This document shows, piece by piece, positions 8,440-14,193 of a stretch of 32,000 nucleotides of DNA. The notes under the pieces were generated by a model, which saw only the letters and a program-made list of their open reading frames with translations, was not told where the DNA came from and made no database searches. The stretch's first letter is position 1. Each line of letters starts with the position of its first letter. Origin of the DNA: Planctomycetota bacterium (GTDB taxonomy: Bacteria > Planctomycetota > Brocadiia > Brocadiales > Scalinduaceae); assembly GCA_022570935.1 (NCBI GenBank), contig JACZYU010000005.1, forward strand, positions 4,891-36,890, read 5' to 3'. A program made the position numbers and the translations under genes.

Positions 8440-8647
8440 GTCATGCCTAAGGCAGCCACCAGAGGCGCCCCTTGGAGCAACTTCTAGGTCCGCCACAGGC
8501 GGGATCGCTGTGGCAAATAGATTTACTGATGTAAACATCGTCACGCCCGTCTGCCATCTGTCGGGCAGGGACGATGTACTCCAAAACTTATTGTCTCGGA
8601 AACTTTGTGACAACTTTGAAATTCCGTGTCTTTCCGTGGTAAACTTC
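8440..8647. repeat. Intergenic repeat block filling the exbD-tonB spacer
   Basis: 8440-8520 aligns along its length with the reverse complement of 22262-22350 and shares modules with 3513-3545 and 17871-17957. 8618-8647 (GAAATTCCGTG...GTGGTAAACTT) recurs at 18141-18160. ORFs 8417..8719 and 8434..8649 lie in this repeat DNA. Confidence 0.75.
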
Positions 8648-9005
8648 AAAGCTCCTTTTTTGATGCTACCGAGATTCTATCAGCACCTGCCAGCCTGCAC
8701 TCATCCATTACGTCTATGAGAACTCCTGTTTGAGACCCTTTATCGGGCACGATTACAACAGGGCTGCCAAGACGTTCTCTGAGCCTTTTCTCTACCAGTG
8801 AACGAAGGGTTAAAATGTCTATCCTCCGCTGTTCAAACCAAATCTCTCCTTCAGAAGAAATCCCTATCCTCATATTCTCTTTTTCCAACGATTCGGCAGT
8901 TGTAGCCTTCGGCTTCTTGACCTGGATCCCTGTTTCCCTGACAAATGTAGTTGTCACAATAAAAAATATCAGGAGGATAAAGACCATATCTATGAGAGGG
9001 GCCAT
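8646..9005 (-). CDS. exbD: ExbD/TolR-family protein with a truncated or damaged 5' end
   Basis: 119-aa ORF MAPLIDMVFILLIFFIVTTTF..., that is, the conserved PLID TM segment only 2 residues after the start. The periplasmic domain ends ...VVIVPDKGSQTGVLIDVMDECRLAG. The same frame upstream reads DTKGIN before the ATG and is then closed by TAA (9024-9026). Confidence 0.7.
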   Translation of the reverse strand: MAPLIDMVFILLIFFIVTTTFVRETGIQVKKPKATTAESLEKENMRIGISSEGEIWFEQRRIDILTLRSLVEKRLRERLGSPVVIVPDKGSQTGVLIDVMDECRLAGADRISVASKKEL

Positions 9006-9484
9006 GTTAATTCCTTTAGTGTCTTATTTTGTTGTTGTCTGCGGCTGGAAGGGGGAAGAGTCTTTACCAGTCCATAAAATTCACCTGCAGCCCCGCTTAA
9101 TAATGTATGTACCTGATTCAGGATTTCCTCTTTCCGTCCGGCATCATCTTTAAGGTGGTTGACGGTTTTTTCTGCGCTAGACATAGATTCCTTTTGTCTT
9201 TTTACGGAAATCTTTAAATCTATAACGGCATCTGAAAGTTTATCTCGTTCTGAATGGAGTTTATAAACAAGCCCCTTCAGTCTTTCTTCCTCTTTTGAGA
9301 TTCTGATGCTCTCCTGCTTGAGTTCTTCTTTCGCCTGGGTAATAGCCTTTGTCAATTGCTCCAATGCTGAATTTCCCTCATCCGCATGGAGTGTAAAAGT
9401 GAAAGTCATGCTAAAAACCAATGTTAATATCGTGTAACAAATGATCGTCTTTAGGTGTAAAATGATGTGCGTTTTGCTATTCAT
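8990..9484 (-). CDS. Signal-anchored coiled-coil protein, possibly the N-terminal stub of a long MotA/ExbB (TtpC-like) protein
   Basis: 164-aa ORF with a hydrophobic N-terminus (IICYTILTLVFSMTFTFTLHA) followed by a heptad-rich coiled coil. There are no channel TM helices. Its last codons (SSRRQQQNK..., 9005-9049) resemble an ExbD cytoplasmic tail in a frame offset by one from exbD. Confidence 0.4.
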   Translation of the reverse strand: MNSKTHIILHLKTIICYTILTLVFSMTFTFTLHADEGNSALEQLTKAITQAKEELKQESIRISKEEERLKGLVYKLHSERDKLSDAVIDLKISVKRQKESMSSAEKTVNHLKDDAGRKEEILNQVHTLLSGAAGEFYGLVKTLPPSSRRQQQNKTLKELTWPLS

Positions 9485-9566
9485 CTCTTGTCCTTGCTAT
9501 TTAAAACGGGAATTTGTAATTTTGAGATTGTTTCGAATTTCGTGTTTCGTGCTTCGGATTTTGCTA

Positions 9567-10446
9567 TTATTCATCTACGATCCTTACCTGTGAAAAACTG
9601 ACAGGGAAATTTATAATCTCCGGAGGCTGCTGCCTCATGAGGATCTTGATTGACTTCTCAATGATATGACTGGGGACGGCAGAAGAATCATTGACCCATC
9701 CGGTAGCGGCGCTTCCATCGCCATTATTCTTTTGTGTTAACCATACACCGCTATCCTTGCCGTCATCAGTCCTATACGCGAGAACAACCTTCCCCTACCC
9801 GTACAAATTCCGCATGCGGCTCTCTGCCGTCTTCAAGGCGTATATTGTCCCTGTATATCTCGCTTGTAACAGCCAGGCGCAGTTCATCCTTGCAGAAACT
9901 CCATAGCTGATTACACGCCTCTGCAATGTCCATAGGATTTTGTGTAGAAATGCCGTTTGATATTGCATCAAGCTTTGCCGTTCTCTCTTCCAGTTGGAAA
10001 GGGATTCCATTGTTAACCTGTCCTCTGAGAAGTCTCACATGAGAAAGAACATAGTTTGACAGTTCCTCTTCCTTTTCCTTATAACCGGCAATGGCCGTTT
10101 TTAATTTCTCCTCTTTGCCGCCGAGGGTTCCCATTTCATTTTCAATATCCTCTGTTTCGCTTATCAGGTCTTCATGTGTTACTCTCAGTGTTTGAATCTG
10201 TATTCTCAGATCCTGAATTTCCATGTCTTTTTCCTGCTTTCTACTATAGTAGTCCTGCCGTTCTTTACGAAGTGTTGTAACCGTATTCTGTAACTCATTC
10301 ATTAACACCCTGAGCCTGGCGTTGTTATCAATTTGCCCTTTTATGGCTCCTTTATTTGAGAATTGTGCAGCAGCATAAGGCTCATAGCAAAACACAACAG
10401 CAGAAATAATTATGAGCACCAGAATAAATATAAGAGAATGTTTCAT
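9567..10446 (-). pseudogene. DUF3450-like periplasmic coiled-coil protein (TonB-system accessory, TtpB-like), frameshifted
   Basis: The 224-aa ORF (9772..10446) has a signal peptide and a long coiled coil and ends ...EFVRVGEGCSRV*. Skipping one G of the G4 run (9792-9795) gives 74 further open codons (KVVLAYRTDDGKDSGVWL...KSIKILMRQQPPEIINFPV...) to TAA at 9567-9569. This continuation has no start codon of its own. Confidence 0.6.
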
Positions 10447-10474
10447 AACGTCACCTTCCTGACAAAGTAATTTT

Positions 10475-10813
10475 CTAGCGTGAGTTCCTGCAAAATAGAA
10501 ATATTCCTGAAACTGTTAAAGACACAAGGCTGAACCCCAGTATGCACAGCAAAATTCTCTTTAAATTAAAAAAATTAAAATCATGTAATTTAACTACAAA
10601 ATGTCCAAATCTGCGCCGGTTATCCAGTTCTTCAACGACATCTCCGCTATATTTGTCAACGAATATCTCGGTGTTGTGTTTTTTCCAAAATATTTTTAAT
10701 ACAGTGTAAGAACGCTATAATGCATGCGGCACAACTTCTTCAAAAACAACTTGTATATGGCCTCTTGCAGAATGTACACATCTGACAATATCTTCCACGG
10801 AGTAATTATTCAT
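10475..10813 (-). pseudogene. Small PepSY-like domain + C-terminal TM protein interrupted by an in-frame TAG
   Basis: ATG 10813 gives MNNYSVEDIVRCVHSARGHIQVVFEEVVPHAL, then TAG (10715-10717), then the same frame continues RSYTVLKIFWKKHNTEIFVDKYSGDVVEELDNRRRFGHFVVKLHDFNFFNLKRILLCILGFSLVSLTVSGIFLF... to TAG 10475-10477. The pattern ...Y.V......E..VD..SG.V plus an LH motif plus a TM helix is PepSY-like. It is not in the ORF track because both pieces fall below the cutoff or lack a start. Confidence 0.5.
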
Positions 10814-10828
10814 TTTTCAGAGACAAAC

Positions 10829-11278
10829 TTACACAATTATTGCAGTAGCCCTTGATTTCAAACGTATGTGTTTTATATTGAAACCTTTTTTTCTGCAGAT
10901 ATCATTTACAATCTTTTCTGTTTCTCTGTGCTTTATTTCAATAATGTTCTTACACTTTAAGCATACTACATGGCCAATATTATATTGTTCTACTATTTCA
11001 TAAACGTAATGATCCGGGGCGATATCAGTTTTCTTTACTATTCTGTAATCTTCCAGCAATTTTATTGTCCGGTAAAGGGTGCTTTTTGATATGCGGTCCC
11101 TTTTTGCCTGTAAATTGTTATATAATCTGTCAATTGAGAAGTGCTTAATCGTCCTTGAGGTCTCCAGGATTTCCTTCAGGATATGCTGCCTTTCATAAGT
11201 ATAATTTAAACCCTTTGCCCTGAGAAACTCCCTGAACAAGGCTTCTTTGATAAGGTCATTGTCTTTCCGTGGTGACAT
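10829..11278 (-). CDS. Fur-family transcriptional regulator, atypical (metal ligands largely missing)
   Basis: 149-aa ORF with a winged-helix region (ISKSTLYRTIKLLEDYRIVKK) and a dimerisation region typical of Fur. The HHDH-x2-CxxC region reads NIGHVVCLKC, and there is no C-terminal CxxC. Confidence 0.7.
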   Translation of the reverse strand: MSPRKDNDLIKEALFREFLRAKGLNYTYERQHILKEILETSRTIKHFSIDRLYNNLQAKRDRISKSTLYRTIKLLEDYRIVKKTDIAPDHYVYEIVEQYNIGHVVCLKCKNIIEIKHRETEKIVNDICRKKGFNIKHIRLKSRATAIIV

Positions 11279-11420
11279 ATTTTTTTGAAACCTCTAAAAC
11301 ACTACATGAATACCCAGGCGAAATAACTTAAGATTTCACTCTGTGGTGTATGGCGATTGTATTACTCCACAGGGCGGGTTTATAAACGATCTTTGCGCCC
11401 CTGACCCGTCCGAGTCAGAA

Positions 11421-11533
11421 CCAAAAAGGAGTTAATAAATTACAAATCTCAAATAATAATTGGAAATTATTTGCTATTTGTTATTTGGTGCTTATCAGAT
11501 ATCATGCATAACTCAACAAATAAATATTTTGCC
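11421..11533. repeat. Short form of the intergenic repeat seen at 3550-3913
   Basis: 11421-11453 (CCAAAAAGGAGTTAATAAATTACAAATCTCAAA) and 11477-11533 (ATTTGTTATTTGGTGCTTATCAGATATCATGCATAACTCAACAAATAAATATTTTGCC) match 3550-3583 and 3857-3913 with only a few substitutions, in the same orientation. Confidence 0.8.
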
Positions 11534-11562
11534 AAAACTGTCAAAACATTTTTGCGAAGATA

Positions 11563-13245
11563 CTAGAATGCACATGCCTGCCTTACTCTTTGCCGTGATA
11601 TCGGTTCAGCCTTTTGTTCAAAATAAGTTTTTATGCCATTTGATATCTCAACTTCTATACTACCATCGGATCTTTCATAAAGGTCGATCCCCTCAGCATC
11701 AGGTATATTATTGATAAATCCCATATCCTTATTCAAGCCTGACAGGTGAGCGGCGGCGGCGAGGGCATCGGCTTTAAATGCGGTAGGAGCGACTACAACT
11801 GCCTCAAGCAAATTGACGTCAAAAGGTCTTTGCAGATTTGAGTCGGTAATATGGGAATATTTCTTTCTGTTATTTATAAGCATTTTCTCGTAATTTCCTG
11901 AGATTGCGACGGCACCGTTGTTTAAATGGACAAATCCTATGCTTTTCCCCTTATCTTTAGGGTCTGGTATTGCTATTCTCCAGGCAGTATCGCCAGGCGG
12001 GTGTCCTATAACCCTTATAGCGCCTCCAAAGTTAACCAGGGCATGTGATATGCTATGATTTTCCAATACTCTGATAACACTATCTACCACATATCCTTTA
12101 ACTAACAGTGAAATGTCAAGTTTAGTCTGCTCATCTTTGAAAAAGATGGTACCTCCGCCATTCTTGTCTATACCAAGGACTATGTTTTTATAGGTAGAAG
12201 CATTGCGTAAGGACACTATGTCTTCAGATTCACTAAATTTCTTTTTATTCCTGTTTAATGTGTCAGCCAACGAACCTTCTGTTATGTCAAACCCTCCGTT
12301 TGTTATCTTACTATAATGGAGAGAGAATTTGACAATATCGAAAAGTTCTTTGTCGCATGTAATTGGTTTTTTCCATGCCTTTTTATTTATTTTGGATATT
12401 TTGCTATTCTTCCGATCTCTATTAAGTATTTTGTTCAGACGATCAATCTCTTTAAACGCCTCTTTAAAGGCAAGTGATGCATTCTTCTCCGTTGTGCCTG
12501 TTATCAATATGTCTATAATATCACCCATAGAGGGATATGCTTGTGAAAAGATTTTTTGCGTCTCTTCTTCCCCTGCCTGATTCCCTATCCGGCTATAAGG
12601 TGTTGGGCTGATTTCCCGATTCCCCTGTAGATAAAATTCATCCAGGACGGCGCGCATCTTTCTTACGCCACGATTCACACCCCTTACAGACGTAGTGGCG
12701 CCGGTGATATTTATTATGTCTTTATTGATTCGTATAGGATTATTCAGGGACTTGCCTTTGTACTGGTGGAGAAATCTCTTCCTTATAACATCCTTGCCTC
12801 TGCTTTCCCTGTAAATCATTACTGCTACTTGTTCTATCTTCCCATCTGGTTTCATGCTCATAATAAAGGTTATCGGATGAAAGCAGCCCATCTCGTCTGT
12901 TATGATGGCATACTTCTTTATACTCCCATTCTTTTTGCCTGTGAATACAACGAAGGCATCTTCATCAATCCGGGCCTTTAGTCTGTTTTCCAACCTCTGT
13001 TTCTCATCTTGAGTAAGCACAAGGCGATCCACCAAAACCTCGTCACATCCTTTGAAAACGGACGCAATAGCCTCCTCTTCCTCAAGGAATACCTGCATTT
13101 CATAATTATCAGAAGGCTCTACATCATCTATAGTGATTTTCTGCCCTATTATGTAGTCGTACTGTGGGAATGCAACTCTTTGATAAAAGGCTATAACCAG
13201 GATTAAGAAAGGCAAGAAGAGAGAAGTAATAATGCTTAGCTTCAT
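11563..13245 (-). CDS. Secreted FMN_bind-domain + ApbE-like fusion protein (paralog 2, ApbE motifs degenerate)
   Basis: 560-aa ORF colinear with 1809..3512. The FMN_bind motif INITGATTS is retained (TGAT codons 12694-12705). The ApbE signatures diverge: MGD for MGT, LDISLLVKGYVVD for IDLGGIGKGYAVD, AISGNYEK for STSGDYEK, and SHITDSNLQRP (11824-11853) for SHIIDPRTGNP. Confidence 0.75.
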   Translation of the reverse strand: MKLSIITSLFLPFLILVIAFYQRVAFPQYDYIIGQKITIDDVEPSDNYEMQVFLEEEEAIASVFKGCDEVLVDRLVLTQDEKQRLENRLKARIDEDAFVVFTGKKNGSIKKYAIITDEMGCFHPITFIMSMKPDGKIEQVAVMIYRESRGKDVIRKRFLHQYKGKSLNNPIRINKDIINITGATTSVRGVNRGVRKMRAVLDEFYLQGNREISPTPYSRIGNQAGEEETQKIFSQAYPSMGDIIDILITGTTEKNASLAFKEAFKEIDRLNKILNRDRKNSKISKINKKAWKKPITCDKELFDIVKFSLHYSKITNGGFDITEGSLADTLNRNKKKFSESEDIVSLRNASTYKNIVLGIDKNGGGTIFFKDEQTKLDISLLVKGYVVDSVIRVLENHSISHALVNFGGAIRVIGHPPGDTAWRIAIPDPKDKGKSIGFVHLNNGAVAISGNYEKMLINNRKKYSHITDSNLQRPFDVNLLEAVVVAPTAFKADALAAAAHLSGLNKDMGFINNIPDAEGIDLYERSDGSIEVEISNGIKTYFEQKAEPISRQRVRQACAF

Positions 13246-13268
13246 GTAGTAATATCCTGAAAAAAAAG

Positions 13269-13395
13269 TGACTAAAGTGAACTAAAGTGTAAAGTGCCTA
13301 AAGTTAGGAAAAAGGTGGAAATCATTAATTTTTAAATAATACATATTCATTTTCCCCCAACTTTAGTCACTTTAGTTCACTTCACACTTTAGGCA
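13269..13395. repeat. Symmetric array of four 7-10-nt units and their unit-wise reverse complements around an AT-rich spacer
   Basis: Left arm: TGACTAAAG, TGAACTAAAG, TGTAAAG, TGCCTAAAG (13269-13303). Right arm: CTTTAGTCA, CTTTAGTTCA, CTTCACA, CTTTAGGCA (13361-13395). The array lies between the TlpA-like gene and the start of paralog 2, with an A8 run at 13260-13267. Confidence 0.8.
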
Positions 13396-13465
13396 CTTCA
13401 AGCCTGGCTTCGGCGTGAACTCAGCCGAACGGTAGCAGCTATGCAGCGCTGTGTTTTTTGGTTAA

Positions 13466-13981
13466 CTATTTGGCGCTCAAAAGTTTTTCTATTATTTGTG
13501 AAAGTTCATCCTCGCCCACCAAACCGACGTGATTCTGCACAAGATTACGATTCCTGTCGTAAATATGTGTTGTCGGGATTGAACGGATATTATAGTGGAA
13601 ACCGACATCTTCATTGCCCAGATAGACTGGATATTTAATTTCTGTTTTGCCAATAAATTTCTGTAATTTTTCTTTGTCAAAGTCAAAAGAAATGCCGATT
13701 ATTGACAACCCCTTAGATTTATATTTTTTATATATATTTGATAAGACAGGGGCTTGTTTCGTACAAGGCGCACAAAAAGTAGCCCAGAAATCCACGATTA
13801 GAACTTCGCTCTTTGAATTTGTTATTTCATTTTCCAGAAAACCGGCATCAACAGTTTCTATAGTGTTTGCATATAAAGAGTATTCTTGAAATACGGAGGA
13901 TAGACAAAAAGCTGCTATCGGTGTCAATATTAAGAATCTCAGGTATAGATTCTTAATAAGAGAATCAAAAAAATGTATCAT
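13466..13981 (-). CDS. TlpA/ResA-like periplasmic thiol:disulfide oxidoreductase (thioredoxin fold)
   Basis: 171-aa ORF with an N-terminal membrane anchor or signal, the thioredoxin active site WATFCAPC, and the downstream cis-Pro region IRSIPTTHIY. Confidence 0.8.
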   Translation of the reverse strand: MIHFFDSLIKNLYLRFLILTPIAAFCLSSVFQEYSLYANTIETVDAGFLENEITNSKSEVLIVDFWATFCAPCTKQAPVLSNIYKKYKSKGLSIIGISFDFDKEKLQKFIGKTEIKYPVYLGNEDVGFHYNIRSIPTTHIYDRNRNLVQNHVGLVGEDELSQIIEKLLSAK

Positions 13982-14080
13982 GAGATTTTACTCCTATCCA
14001 CTCGTTAATAACCACCCTGGAAATTGATGAGCTTAAAAATGTATCAGAAACTCTAATTCGTCAATAAATATAACTGAGGT

Positions 14081-14112
14081 GGGGCGTTATACGGGGAGGT
14101 GTGTAACGCCCC
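14081..14112 (-). terminator. Candidate intrinsic terminator or hairpin after the porin-like gene
   Basis: GGGGCGTTA (14081-14089) pairs with TAACGCCCC (14104-14112) across a 14-nt loop, about 80 nt downstream of the stop at 14194. On the minus strand it is followed by an A/T-rich tract (TTATATTTATT), not a clean U-run. Confidence 0.35.
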
Positions 14113-14193
14113 TTTCCTTGTTATTGTCTTGCACTTAAACAAAATGGAATTTTATGACACCTCAGTCATAATCGTGTACTCATAAAATTCAGA

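Noticed and set aside
8417-8719. ORFs 8417..8719(+) and 8434..8649(-), and likewise 3536..3763, 17823..18011, 22251..22544 and 22266..22481
   Set aside because: They are made almost entirely of the dispersed intergenic repeat modules. They occur on both strands of the same DNA, and their similarity to one another is at the nucleotide level, including reverse-complement copies. This is repeat DNA, not coding sequence.
13309-13345. Fur-box-like sequence (GAAATCATTAATTTTTAAATAAT) in the spacer of the CTAAAG array
   Set aside because: It matches only about half of the classical 19-bp Fur box, in a generally AT-rich stretch. The neighbouring Fur-like protein is atypical, so the classical consensus may not apply.
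13269-13395. Possible CRISPR array because of the closely spaced short direct repeats
   Set aside because: The units are only 7-10 nt and abut each other without spacers. There are just four per arm, and no cas genes are nearby. This is not CRISPR architecture.
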